Positions 19,909-29,274 of a stretch of 64,000 nt of DNA are shown here, piece after piece. The DNA lies in NCBI GenBank assembly GCA_964576865.1, contig CAZNVK010000008.1, positions 570 through 64,569 on the forward strand, read 5' to 3'. Each line of letters opens with the position of its first letter. Positions within the stretch are counted from its first letter, which is position 1. Source of the stretch: an uncultured Candidatus Poseidoniales archaeon. Its GTDB lineage: Archaea; Thermoplasmatota; Poseidoniia; Poseidoniales; Thalassarchaeaceae. The notes under the pieces are model-generated. The model was given only the letters and a program-made list of their open reading frames with translations. It did not search any database and was not told the origin of the DNA. Made by a program: the position numbers and the translations under genes.

Positions 19909-20227
19909 CTCGCCACCTCCTCAACCGATGCCGTCGCTCTCGGCAAATCGAAACTCGTCACGAAATGGACGAGCCCGATTCCGGGCGACTCGATCAGATT
20001 GGTGTGCACGCTTCGATTCAGAACGCGTTCTGCGCCCAAAGCACACCCTCCCCTTCATCGATGGAACTCACACGCATACGCCAACACGTCGGACGCATCC
20101 ACATCGGCATCGTCGGAGCCATATTCGCTGTGGCCGCCATATGTGTGGCGGCTGCTGCTCCTGCGTTGCGGTCGGATGTCAGTCCAAGGGCCGTTAAGCC
20201 CTCGTTGTGCTGGGCCTTGTTCTGCAT
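19905..20227 (-). pseudogene. Small upstream ORF with disrupted reading frame (frameshift and/or in-frame TGA)
   Basis: ATG at 20227 with GAGGTGA 7 nt upstream opens a 69-codon frame ending at 20018. A second frame with better GC3 runs to a TGA that overlaps the fRMsr TTG start (TTGA), but it contains an in-frame TGA at 20057-20055. Confidence 0.3.
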
Positions 20228-20332
20228 GTGTTTCTCACCTCAGGTTGGTTCCCCCATTCTTTGGGGTAGGCCGGGCGGAGGTGCCTATCGTATTTCATTG
20301 GTTTGTTTTCGATGTATCACGCCGCTGTGAAT

Positions 20333-20349
20333 CACCCCCTAAGGGGGTG
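20333..20349. promoter_or_regulatory. 17-bp perfect palindrome CACCCCCTAAGGGGGTG in a divergent intergenic region
   Basis: 8-bp arms around a single central base, about 125 bp upstream of the acyl-CoA dehydrogenase start. Confidence 0.3.
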
Positions 20350-20474
20350 TGTGCGGAAGGTGCGCAAGTTTCGAGGGGGGGCCGATTTCGCGGTGGGTTG
20401 TAGCCGGAGAGGCCCCGCGTCGGCGGCGGGGTATCGGTGCGAATGGCTAAGGGAGGGTCGCCTGTGGCACAGTC

Positions 20475-21623
20475 ATGGCAGACTTCGGATTGTCCGAGGA
20501 GCAGGAGATGCTGCGCGAACTCGCTCACGAGTTCGCCAGGAACTCGGTTCGCCCGCATGCTGAGGAGTGGGATTCGCAGAATGAGTTCCCGCTTGAGGCG
20601 ATCGCTGAGGCGCACGCTCTCGGCTTGACCAATCTGCACGTTCCTGCTGAGTATGGCGGGATGGGCATGGGGATTTTTGACGAGGTACTGGTGACTGAGG
20701 AATTCTCCTGGGGCGACCCGGGGTTCAGCACCGCGGCTTATTCGAACGGACTGACCGCGGGGCCGATTATCACAGGTGGTACCGAGGAGCAGAAGGAAGA
20801 GTATCTCGGCCGGCTGGTGAAGGAGCCGAAGATTGCTTCGTACTGTGTCACCGAGCCGGCCGCTGGTAGCGATGTCGCTAGCATTGAGACGACCGCCGTT
20901 CGAGATGGCGACCACTACGTTCTGAACGGGGAGAAGATGTTCATCACGGGAGCCGGTCACGCTGACTGGTTCTTCGTGCTCGGCTACACCGACAAATCGG
21001 CCGGCTACAAGGGCATGAGCTCCTTCATCGTCGAGAGTGGTTGGGACGGGGTTTCACTGGGTAAGAAGGAGACCAATATGGGGCAGCGTGCGTCCGACAC
21101 TCGAGGGGTTCGATTCGAGGATGTTCACGTGCCTGTCGAGAACCTCGTCGGAGGCGTCGAAGGCAAGGGCTGGTTCAATGCCATGAAAGCCTTCGATTTG
21201 TCGCGTCCGAACGTCGCCGCGCAGGCGGTTGGTTGCGCTCGCGCGGCCTACGAACATGCCTTGCAGTACGCCGATGAACGCGAGACATTCGGCAAGAAAT
21301 TGCATCAGCACCAATCCCTTCAATTCATGCTCGCCGACATGAAGACGAAGATTGAGGCGAGCCGCCTTCTGACCTGGCGAACCGCTTGGGAAGCAGACAA
21401 TGGAATTCGCAACACAGAGAGTGCGGCTCATGCCAAGAGATTCGCCGCCGATTCCTGCATGGAAATCACCACCGATGCGGTGCAGATCTTCGGCGGCTAC
21501 GGCTACTCGGAGGAGTACCCGGTGGCACGCCTCATGCGCGCGGCCAAAGTGCTGCAGATCTACGAGGGCAGCAGTCAGGTTCAGCGCATGATCATCGGTC
21601 GCGAAATGACTCGAAACCTCTGA
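20475..21623 (+). CDS. Acyl-CoA dehydrogenase (short/medium-chain type)
   Basis: 382 aa. SYCVTEPAAGSD, FITGAGHADW and QIFGGYGYSEEYPVARLMRAAKVLQIYEGSSQVQR are typical ACAD signatures. Confidence 0.9.
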   Translation: MADFGLSEEQEMLRELAHEFARNSVRPHAEEWDSQNEFPLEAIAEAHALGLTNLHVPAEYGGMGMGIFDEVLVTEEFSWGDPGFSTAAYSNGLTAGPIITGGTEEQKEEYLGRLVKEPKIASYCVTEPAAGSDVASIETTAVRDGDHYVLNGEKMFITGAGHADWFFVLGYTDKSAGYKGMSSFIVESGWDGVSLGKKETNMGQRASDTRGVRFEDVHVPVENLVGGVEGKGWFNAMKAFDLSRPNVAAQAVGCARAAYEHALQYADERETFGKKLHQHQSLQFMLADMKTKIEASRLLTWRTAWEADNGIRNTESAAHAKRFAADSCMEITTDAVQIFGGYGYSEEYPVARLMRAAKVLQIYEGSSQVQRMIIGREMTRNL

Positions 21624-21735
21624 TTCGGGGCCTCCTCTGAATCCGCGAATCTGGACCCAAAACAGCCCTTTGGGCTGCCCACGCGAGGAACCGCTTGATT
21701 CAAGGTGGGGCCGCGATGCCCCGCATTCGATATCC

Positions 21736-23748
21736 ATGAGTGATACCGCTGCAATCCGTGCCCGATTGACCGCTTTCGCGATTCTCGGAATGATGCTCGT
21801 CCCAGCACTTGCAGCTCCGGTTCCAGCGGTCAACAACCCGACCGCAGACGCGCCGATGCCGACCTACGCCGAGCAGATCGGCGATTGGTGGGAGAACACA
21901 AACATGGACCTCGACGGCGATTACATCCACGATGCTATCTGGATCGCCGCCCAAAACAATCACCGAGAATACCTCGACGAGGATGGACGAATCTCCGTCA
22001 TCGTCGACTTCGACCACACGCCGAGCGAAGCAGACCAAGCCATGCTCGAGCGTGAGGTCGCCTTCCAAACCCAGTTCAGATACTGGCTCATCGATTCAAT
22101 CGCAGGAACCGTCGAACTCGACCGCATTGACGAACTCATCGACCTACCCGGAGTAGTCTTCGTCGAGCTCGACGGCTGGCTCGAAGTGCAGATGAAAGAC
22201 GTCGTCCCAACCCACGGCGTCGACCTCGTCTGGCAAGACACAGGATACACCGGCGAAGGGGTAACGATGGCAATCATCGACACCGGAATCGACGGAAACC
22301 ACACCGGCGTCGACGACCTCGACGACGATAATTCGACACACGACCCGAAGATCCTCGCATTCTACGACGCGGTAAACAACCCCGGCCTAACCAACGGCAG
22401 CGAGGTCTTCCCATACGATGACCACGGCCACGGAACCCACTGCGCAGGAATCACCACCGGAACCGGAGCGCCTACCTTCGAGCACGTGGGAATCGCCCCT
22501 CAAGCCAATCTCGTCGGAGTCAAGGTGCTCAGCGGTAGCGGAGGCGGAACCTACGCCCAAGTGATGGCAGGTATGCAGTGGACAGTCGACAAGCGCCACG
22601 ATTTCAATATCCGAGCGGCCAGCCTCAGCCTTGGCGGACCTGGCCTCTCGGAATGGACCTCCAGCGAGAAAGAATCCGTCAACAGAATGGCCAACGAGAT
22701 GATGCGAGCTGGAGTTGCAGTCTTCATCGCAGCAGGCAACTCCGCCTTCAGCGCACAGATCGGAACACCCGGCAGCGCTGAAGACGTGATCACGGTCGGA
22801 GCCCTCGATAAGGACACCAAGATTGCCGCATATTCGAGCCAAGGCCCGACCGAAGAAGGGCGCATCAAGCCGAACGTAGCATTCGTCGGATCAAGCGTGA
22901 ACGCGCCCGCCGCAAACACCGGAGACGGCTACACCTCGATGTCCGGAACCAGCATGGCAACGCCCGGTGCCGCAGGTGTTGGAGTCCTCATGTTCCAGGC
23001 GAACCCTGACCTGAGCCCGTTTGACATTCGCAATATCATGCAGGAGACGTCGACCTACCGCCAGTGCCACTACATGCTGGCCAACGAACCCTGCGCGGAG
23101 GACCTCATCCCCAAGAACCGACAAAACAACGTCTACGGCCACGGACACGTCAACGCACAACCTTCAGTCGAAGAGGCTGCGAATTACCACTACGAACTCA
23201 GTATGGCGCTGAATGTGACGCTGGCGAGCGAGTATGGGATGGATAATCGCGTGCACATCGGTCAGGGCGATTCGGTTGTCTTCAACCTGGCCGGCGGCGT
23301 TCAGCGAGTCCAGTGGCGCACATGGGATATGCGAGATAATTGGATGGATTTGTCTGAGTTCGAGATTGGCGACGAGCAGTTTGAGGTGACTCACAGTCTG
23401 CTCGTCGACCGACTTCGATTCTTGCCGAATAACACCGTCGAGGGCGACCAAGTGATCCTTGTTCGCGCCGTCGCGGGTGACGAGGCATCGACCAACCTTG
23501 CGGTTGCGATTCATGTGATGGGCGAGGAGAAGGTCGCTGCCTCGGGTGGTGGCGACTCTCTGATGGGACTGCTTGTGGGAGTGCTCGCGCTGCTGGTATT
23601 GGTTCTTCTCGCTGCGCTCGCTTTTGCTGGTGTGCAATTGCGCGAGCGCGGCTATTTTGATGGCGATGAGGAGTACGACGAGGAGATGGATGCCGCCGTC
23701 GAATCAATGATGGGTGATGAGGCGGTGGACGCCTCAGATGGCGATTGA
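21736..23748 (+). CDS. Secreted subtilisin-like (S8) serine protease with C-terminal TM anchor and acidic tail
   Basis: Signal peptide. Triad blocks MAIIDTGID, HGHGTHCAG and SGTSMATPGAAG. C-terminal hydrophobic segment LLVGVLALLVLVLLAALAFAG. Start chosen at MSDTAAIR; the ORF opens at 21670. Confidence 0.85.
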   Translation: MSDTAAIRARLTAFAILGMMLVPALAAPVPAVNNPTADAPMPTYAEQIGDWWENTNMDLDGDYIHDAIWIAAQNNHREYLDEDGRISVIVDFDHTPSEADQAMLEREVAFQTQFRYWLIDSIAGTVELDRIDELIDLPGVVFVELDGWLEVQMKDVVPTHGVDLVWQDTGYTGEGVTMAIIDTGIDGNHTGVDDLDDDNSTHDPKILAFYDAVNNPGLTNGSEVFPYDDHGHGTHCAGITTGTGAPTFEHVGIAPQANLVGVKVLSGSGGGTYAQVMAGMQWTVDKRHDFNIRAASLSLGGPGLSEWTSSEKESVNRMANEMMRAGVAVFIAAGNSAFSAQIGTPGSAEDVITVGALDKDTKIAAYSSQGPTEEGRIKPNVAFVGSSVNAPAANTGDGYTSMSGTSMATPGAAGVGVLMFQANPDLSPFDIRNIMQETSTYRQCHYMLANEPCAEDLIPKNRQNNVYGHGHVNAQPSVEEAANYHYELSMALNVTLASEYGMDNRVHIGQGDSVVFNLAGGVQRVQWRTWDMRDNWMDLSEFEIGDEQFEVTHSLLVDRLRFLPNNTVEGDQVILVRAVAGDEASTNLAVAIHVMGEEKVAASGGGDSLMGLLVGVLALLVLVLLAALAFAGVQLRERGYFDGDEEYDEEMDAAVESMMGDEAVDASDGD

Positions 23749-24295
23749 CAGGGCTATCATCCTCGCCGCTGGTGCGGGCCAGCGCTTGGGTCAGCCCAAG
23801 GCGCTGGTCGAGGTCGGTGGAGCGACCCTTGTCGAGATTGTCGCAGAACGGTTGGTTGAGACCGACCTCGAAGTGACTATTGTGACACGGGCAGAATTGG
23901 TTGAGCGGATTCGAGAGCTTCTGCCCGCGGCTAATCTTGTAATCAATCCCGAGCCGGAAGCAGGGCGCACAGGCAGCATCCAATGCGGCCTCGACTCGAT
24001 TGGAGTCGGGCCGGTGCTAATCGCCCCTGTTGACCGGCCCGGATTCAGCCACGCAACAGTCGAAGCTCTGTGCGAGGCTGATGCGACTTGCTGTCCGGCC
24101 ATGGATGGTCGTGGAGGCCATCCAATCGCTGTGTCAGCGGCGGATTGTGAGCGCATCCGCGAAGCCCGTCCAGACACGCCGCTGCGCGACCTCATCGAGC
24201 CAATTCGAATCGAGGTCGCCGACCCTCACCTGCATCTCAATATCGACACGCCTGAGGACATCAATACCCTCAGGCGTGTCGCAGCAGCCCTGTGA
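23738..24295 (+). CDS. MobA-like NTP transferase (probable molybdenum cofactor cytidylyl/guanylyltransferase, MocA-like)
   Basis: AIILAAGAGQRLGQPKAL N-terminal nucleotide-binding loop. About 185 aa. Lies near the XdhC and Mo-hydroxylase genes. Overlaps the protease stop by 11 nt. Confidence 0.75.
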   Translation: MAIDRAIILAAGAGQRLGQPKALVEVGGATLVEIVAERLVETDLEVTIVTRAELVERIRELLPAANLVINPEPEAGRTGSIQCGLDSIGVGPVLIAPVDRPGFSHATVEALCEADATCCPAMDGRGGHPIAVSAADCERIREARPDTPLRDLIEPIRIEVADPHLHLNIDTPEDINTLRRVAAAL

Positions 24296-24336
24296 ACCGC
24301 CCTGCTGGACGAGCCACATGTGCGAGTCAGCCACCA

Positions 24337-25647
24337 TCAGGGCTGCAACAATCGCTCAACATCTGGGTATTCACCCATAGCCCAAAGGAACGCCAAACCG
24401 ACCAACAAGGCCGGCAAAGTCGTGTGAATTGTAGCCCATAGAGAAGCCGCCTTATGCCTCACCAAGAGAGGGAACAGAGCATCGCCATCCTGTGAAATCG
24501 CATTGGCAACAAGCGCCGGGAAGGAGATCAACCCCTCGACATAAGCCGTGATGGCGATGATCTGAGGGCCGCAGCCGGGAATCAATCCGACTCCAGCCGC
24601 GACGACGACCGCGCCGACCCCGGCACCATGCTTGGCGAGGTCGCCCTCGGTCATGCCGAAAGCAATCATCCCGAACTCGAAGGCGAGGTAGGCGATGAGG
24701 ACCCAGAAGGTCACAAAAGCGGTCTCGGAGGCGGCGTGAACAAGGGTCTCGTCCATCGAATGCAACTTGTCTCCAATCGTTGCTTCGGTATCGTCAGCGA
24801 AGAAATTCTTGCTCGAAAGATAGAGGATAATCGACAGCGAAGTTCCGACGAATCCAACCCAAGTAACAAGCCCATCGCGCGTGGTCGGGTCCCACACGAG
24901 TTCAGGCGCATAATCGGGGTCCTGTGCGTACCAGACGAGAAGGAGAATCGCGAGCACAAGGCCGACAGCGGTAACAGCCCACCACACTCGGTAACCCTGG
25001 TGCAGAATCTGGTAACCCAAGCCCTCTGGGACCTCCCGGGGCAGGTCATCGATGACTGAATCATGGCCGTGGAGGTCGCAATGTGCATCCTCCTCGAGTT
25101 GCTTTGCGACCTCCTCTCCGAGTGGTTCGTCCGCGCTGTCACCTGACCCTAGGGTCGGGCCGAAGCGCCCGAGCGGACGAGATGGGGTGACGCCCACTGC
25201 GTCAGCCCCGTATCCCCACGCAACGCCGACGACGAAGGAGGTCGCGTGGACGACTAGAACTGGGATTAGGAAGTCTGGATTTTGGAAGACGGCGCCGATG
25301 AGTACGAATGCGGCGTCGCCCAGTGTCGCGATGAGCGTGGCGATGACGGTTCCGTAGGTTACGTAGCCACGCGCGTACATTGGCATCATGATGATGGCGC
25401 CGCCGCAGCCGGGGGTCATTCCCATGAGTGCGCCGAGCACCGGTTGCCAGCGCTTATTGTCGCGAATCCATTCTACGAATCGGCCCGCGGTGACGTATTG
25501 CAGCCAGCTGAAAAGCAGTACCATGGCTGCTACGAAAACGGTAACTGCGAGGAAGGCATCTCGCATCGATACGACCAGAATCTCTAGCGCCTCACCAAAG
25601 GTGACATCCAATGCCATGGTGCGAGCGGCCAGCAGCCACCATATCAA
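24337..25647 (-). CDS. Polytopic membrane protein with duplicated PGCG motif (putative metal/ion permease, ArsP_2/DUF2899-like)
   Basis: 436 aa, about 10 TM segments, with an internal repeat: MTPGCGGAIIMMP...LGDAAFV and LIPGCGPQIIA...SQDGDALFP. The family assignment is from memory and unverified. Confidence 0.55.
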   Translation of the reverse strand: MIWWLLAARTMALDVTFGEALEILVVSMRDAFLAVTVFVAAMVLLFSWLQYVTAGRFVEWIRDNKRWQPVLGALMGMTPGCGGAIIMMPMYARGYVTYGTVIATLIATLGDAAFVLIGAVFQNPDFLIPVLVVHATSFVVGVAWGYGADAVGVTPSRPLGRFGPTLGSGDSADEPLGEEVAKQLEEDAHCDLHGHDSVIDDLPREVPEGLGYQILHQGYRVWWAVTAVGLVLAILLLVWYAQDPDYAPELVWDPTTRDGLVTWVGFVGTSLSIILYLSSKNFFADDTEATIGDKLHSMDETLVHAASETAFVTFWVLIAYLAFEFGMIAFGMTEGDLAKHGAGVGAVVVAAGVGLIPGCGPQIIAITAYVEGLISFPALVANAISQDGDALFPLLVRHKAASLWATIHTTLPALLVGLAFLWAMGEYPDVERLLQP

Positions 25648-25746
25648 AGTTAGCCGAGGCTAACTCCGCCGTCAGAAGTGGAACTTTGCGGAGTTGGCAC
25701 CATTCCCGCGTGCGCGGCAAATCCCATATCGCCAGCCGCGCCCGCG

Positions 25747-26586
25747 ATGATGATGACGAGTGCCACGCTCGCCTGGGTCCTCGATAGGCTCTCTCGCGGC
25801 GAGCGCGTGGCTCTTGCTTCGGTTGTCGAGGCGAGCGGAAGTGTTCCTGGCAAACCAGGGGCGCGTATGGCGGTGACGAATCGTGGGAAGCGTCACGGAA
25901 CTGTGGGTGGAGCAGGACTCGAGTTGAGGGTCGAGGGACACCTTGAGCAGATGCTCGTCAATGGTTCGAGCACCAGTCGAGTCGAGACCTACGTCCTGCA
26001 TCGCGATGCGAAGGGCAAAGAGGCGACGGCGCTAAACAGCCTCTGCGGCGGTCGTGTGACCGTCTCTTTGGAGGTGCTCGAACCGATGCCACACATTCTG
26101 ATTGCCGGCGGCGGACATTGCGGTCAGGCAGTCGCCGCCGTCTGCGACAATCTCGGATGGTCACATAGCGTCTACGACATCCGATCCGAGTACTCTGCCA
26201 ACGAACTTTACCCGAATGCCGTCGAGAATCACGATGGAGATGTCGACGGCTTCGTCTCCAGCCTTACTGATGAGGGGTTCCTGCGGTTCTCAGATGTATT
26301 GCTCCTCGGTCATGATTGGGCGGTGGACCAAGACCTCCTGATCGGCATGCTGCGAGCGCGAGGCGAAGAGACTCGGCCTCGTATTGGCGCAATCGGCTCG
26401 CGCTCGAAATGGACTGCATTCAGCAAGGCTCTACTCGATGCCGGAATCAGTCAATCAGCCATCGATTCGGTTCGTTGTCCAATCGGCATCGACATCGGCG
26501 CAGAGAGCCCTGAAGAGATTGCAATCGCCGTCTGCGCCGAGATAATGGCGCTCGAGAAGCAGAGCCTCACGAGCGCCGAAGACTGA
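25747..26586 (+). CDS. XdhC/CoxI-family Mo-hydroxylase maturation factor
   Basis: N-terminal VALASVVEASGSVPGKPGARMAV and Rossmann-like ILIAGGGHCGQAVA, then PIGIDIGAESPEEIAIAV. Start chosen at MMMTSATL. Confidence 0.8.
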   Translation: MMMTSATLAWVLDRLSRGERVALASVVEASGSVPGKPGARMAVTNRGKRHGTVGGAGLELRVEGHLEQMLVNGSSTSRVETYVLHRDAKGKEATALNSLCGGRVTVSLEVLEPMPHILIAGGGHCGQAVAAVCDNLGWSHSVYDIRSEYSANELYPNAVENHDGDVDGFVSSLTDEGFLRFSDVLLLGHDWAVDQDLLIGMLRARGEETRPRIGAIGSRSKWTAFSKALLDAGISQSAIDSVRCPIGIDIGAESPEEIAIAVCAEIMALEKQSLTSAED

Positions 26587-26612
26587 AATGCGGCCCGTCG
26601 GGCCGCCCATAC

Positions 26613-27839
26613 ATGCGAGCAGCCGCCTTGGCCCTCATCCTGATGCTCACATCAGCGATGCTCAGCGGCTGCATCTGGGGCGACGAGCCCACGCCTGAGG
26701 AGCCAGAATTAACCGACGATGGGTGGCGCCCATTCAGCGTCGTCGCCCCAATCGACACTGGAATCAATGTCTACCACGACCACTTCAGAACCAATGAGAC
26801 GTTGCCCGATTGGATGCTCGAGCAATTCGGTGTGACGATGACATGCGATTTGACCTTCGAGGGCACTTGGGAGGAGCGTTACGAGGCCGACAGAGCAACC
26901 TGTTGGGACGTAATCAACGCCACCGATATCGTCTACTTCCCCGGCACACGAATCATCGGAACCACCCCCGACGATAATACCGACATCCCAATCCTCGACG
27001 ATCCTTACGACGGCCACGGCACAGCGGTCACTGGAGCTGTCATCAATGCGAATCCCGAGGCGGTGATTTTCTTCGTCGAGGGATTCTCCGACGCAGCGGT
27101 TCTCGCCGCAGCTAACCAACCGCTCGTCGACATCATAACAACCAGCTTCGGACCACCCGGTTCGGTTCCAGTAACTGGTATCGAACATTCGACCAAGGTC
27201 GCGGTGGTCCAGAACAAGAAGATCCACACGGGTGCAGCCGACAATTCACCTTCACCCTCGGTCCAAGATTCGACCGCCGGCCCACCTTGGAGCATCGGAA
27301 TCTCGGGCTATGCCGAAGAGGACGATGACCAGAAGGAGACGATGAGCGGCACCTATCCCGATGTCGCCGCAGACTGGACCCAAGTCCTTCCCGACCACAA
27401 CACCATCGACGGTTATCACCAGACCAGCGGAACCTCATTCGCAACCCCGCGAACCGCTGGACTGCTCTCCAAAGTCCTCCAGCATCTGCGTGCGGAATTC
27501 GGCGACGACTCGAGCGGCGCCGACCCAATTCTGCGAAGCGGCCTCATCGTCAATGGAACCGATTACTCGGCGACTGAGGCCGACATCCGCGACGCGCTCA
27601 ACCTATCCGGATGGTATCCTAGCGCGGCGACTTGGGACCCATCAAGCGGCACCATGCCCATCTCACCCGTCGCGCCTTGCACCCAAGTCGGCTGGGGAGT
27701 GGTCAACGAGTCAAACGTCCTGCCGATGATAAAACACCTCAACGGCACCGAGCAGATGCCCAACCGCCCCGCCGATGTAGTCCAATGCATGGCGGTCAAT
27801 CAAGCGATTCGCGAGGCATATTGGCAATTCAGAGCTTGA
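26613..27839 (+). CDS. Subtilase-like (S8) lipoprotein
   Basis: Lipobox MLSGC. Triad-like blocks VVAPIDTGINVYHDHF, DGHGTAVTGAV and SGTSFATPRTAG. Confidence 0.7.
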   Translation: MRAAALALILMLTSAMLSGCIWGDEPTPEEPELTDDGWRPFSVVAPIDTGINVYHDHFRTNETLPDWMLEQFGVTMTCDLTFEGTWEERYEADRATCWDVINATDIVYFPGTRIIGTTPDDNTDIPILDDPYDGHGTAVTGAVINANPEAVIFFVEGFSDAAVLAAANQPLVDIITTSFGPPGSVPVTGIEHSTKVAVVQNKKIHTGAADNSPSPSVQDSTAGPPWSIGISGYAEEDDDQKETMSGTYPDVAADWTQVLPDHNTIDGYHQTSGTSFATPRTAGLLSKVLQHLRAEFGDDSSGADPILRSGLIVNGTDYSATEADIRDALNLSGWYPSAATWDPSSGTMPISPVAPCTQVGWGVVNESNVLPMIKHLNGTEQMPNRPADVVQCMAVNQAIREAYWQFRA

Positions 27840-27947
27840 CTCCCGAATTATCTCTCAAAAACTGCAGTTTCCGATAATTCGACCGTAGGTCGAGTGCAAA
27901 ACTCCAGTTCCGGTTGCTTGAATACAGAATACGCCATCTGCGAGACG

Positions 27948-28595
27948 ATGCGCAAGGTGTCCCTGAGGTGGTATAGCGCGACCATCAAGGGCTCCAAGGA
28001 ACTCTCGAAGATTCTAGACGTCTGCGACCGATTCGAGGTACTCGCACACCTCGGAGTCTCTCCAGTCGGGATCGTCCAACTCGCTGAAATCGAGCTCAAA
28101 CCCGACCGAGACATCCACGAACTATCAGACCTCGACTCCTTCCAAGTGATGGATATCCACGAAGAATCAGAAGATGGAATTCTAGCGAGCATCCTCTGCT
28201 CACACAGTCTGGCAAAATCAGCAATCGAACTTTCAAACTTGCATCTCCAGCCGCCATACGGCATCGATTCAGTCCGCGGCATGGAGATGAGAGTCACTGG
28301 CCTCACCGGCGCAATGCGACGTTTTCTCGCCCTCCTCAGAGTAGTTCTCCCGCCGGATAAGGTCAGTGTCATGACGACGCGTGGTGAACTCGTTAATGGG
28401 TGGGACGAGGTGCTGACGGCGAGGCAGCAGGAGGTGTTGGCTTTCGCTGTCGAGCGCGGCTATTACGACGAAGGAAAGGAGTTGACAATCAAGGAATTGG
28501 CAGATGAAATGGGCATCTCCCGTTCGACTTTCGGCGGCCACTTGCAGGGGGCTGAGAGAGCCGTTCTTCGCAAGGCTGCATCCGATCTCGAGTAA
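27948..28595 (+). CDS. HTH_10 (Bat-like) DNA-binding transcriptional regulator
   Basis: C-terminal LTARQQEVLAFAVERGYYDEGKELTIKELADEMGISRSTFGGHLQGAERAVLRK is the halobacterial-type HTH_10 motif. The ORF opens with GTG at 27894, so the start is uncertain. Confidence 0.7.
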   Translation: MRKVSLRWYSATIKGSKELSKILDVCDRFEVLAHLGVSPVGIVQLAEIELKPDRDIHELSDLDSFQVMDIHEESEDGILASILCSHSLAKSAIELSNLHLQPPYGIDSVRGMEMRVTGLTGAMRRFLALLRVVLPPDKVSVMTTRGELVNGWDEVLTARQQEVLAFAVERGYYDEGKELTIKELADEMGISRSTFGGHLQGAERAVLRKAASDLE

Positions 28596-28704
28596 TCGAA
28601 AACGACTCGATTTAGGATGATGTTCGAGGAGGCGATTCTCGCATACGTGAGTCCGTAGGACTCAAACCGAAGCGTAATAGGATAATCCGGATTGGATTCA
28701 GTTC

Positions 28705-29274
28705 ATGGTGCAACACCGGCTACCGATGCTTCCCTCGGCTGGGGAAGTGCCTTGGCGGGCTACGGTGAATGGTGTTGAGAAGCAGTTGAACATCGAAGGC
28801 AATGCGATTCTGCTCGATGTTCTTCGTGACCAGGCTGGTAGTCTGGGGACGAAGCGAGGCTGCGATATGGGGACTTGTGGGTGCTGCTCTGTGCTGGTTG
28901 ATGGGCAGCCTCGACTCTCCTGTTTGACGCTGGCTGCTGAGGCTGATGGGGCTGAGATTACGACGGTTGAGGGGTTGGCTGATGGGCATCATCTGCATCC
29001 GATTCAGGAGATGTTTGCGGAGTGCGGAGGCTCGCAGTGTGGCTTTTGCACGCCGGGATTCTTGGTGGTTTGTTCGGCGCTATTGGAGGAAAATCCTGCG
29101 CCGAGTGATGATGAGATCAAGTGTGCGATTGAAGGGAATCTGTGTCGCTGCACCGGATATCAGCAGATTGTTGACTCGGTGCGAGCGGCCTCTGAGATTC
29201 TGACTTGGGGGCAGGCGATTGAGGATTCCACCTCGCCGAAGAGCGACCCTCATCCGGGCTTTTCTGGGGAGTGA
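28705..29274 (+). CDS. Mo-hydroxylase small subunit, two [2Fe-2S] clusters (CoxS/XdhC-iron-sulfur type)
   Basis: CDMGTCGCCSV (plant-type 2Fe-2S), then QCGFCTPGF and NLCRCTGY. Confidence 0.9.
   Translation: MVQHRLPMLPSAGEVPWRATVNGVEKQLNIEGNAILLDVLRDQAGSLGTKRGCDMGTCGCCSVLVDGQPRLSCLTLAAEADGAEITTVEGLADGHHLHPIQEMFAECGGSQCGFCTPGFLVVCSALLEENPAPSDDEIKCAIEGNLCRCTGYQQIVDSVRAASEILTWGQAIEDSTSPKSDPHPGFSGE

Noticed and set aside
20055-20057. Selenocysteine codon (TGA) in the small ORF upstream of fRMsr
   Set aside because: I could recognise no SECIS-like structure and there is no Sec machinery in the window. The same locus also needs a frameshift, so a pseudogene or sequence error is more parsimonious.
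20295-21836. 221-aa and 260-aa minus-strand ORFs overlapping the acyl-CoA dehydrogenase gene
   Set aside because: They are antisense shadow ORFs of a gene with strong family signatures, and they have no independent support.
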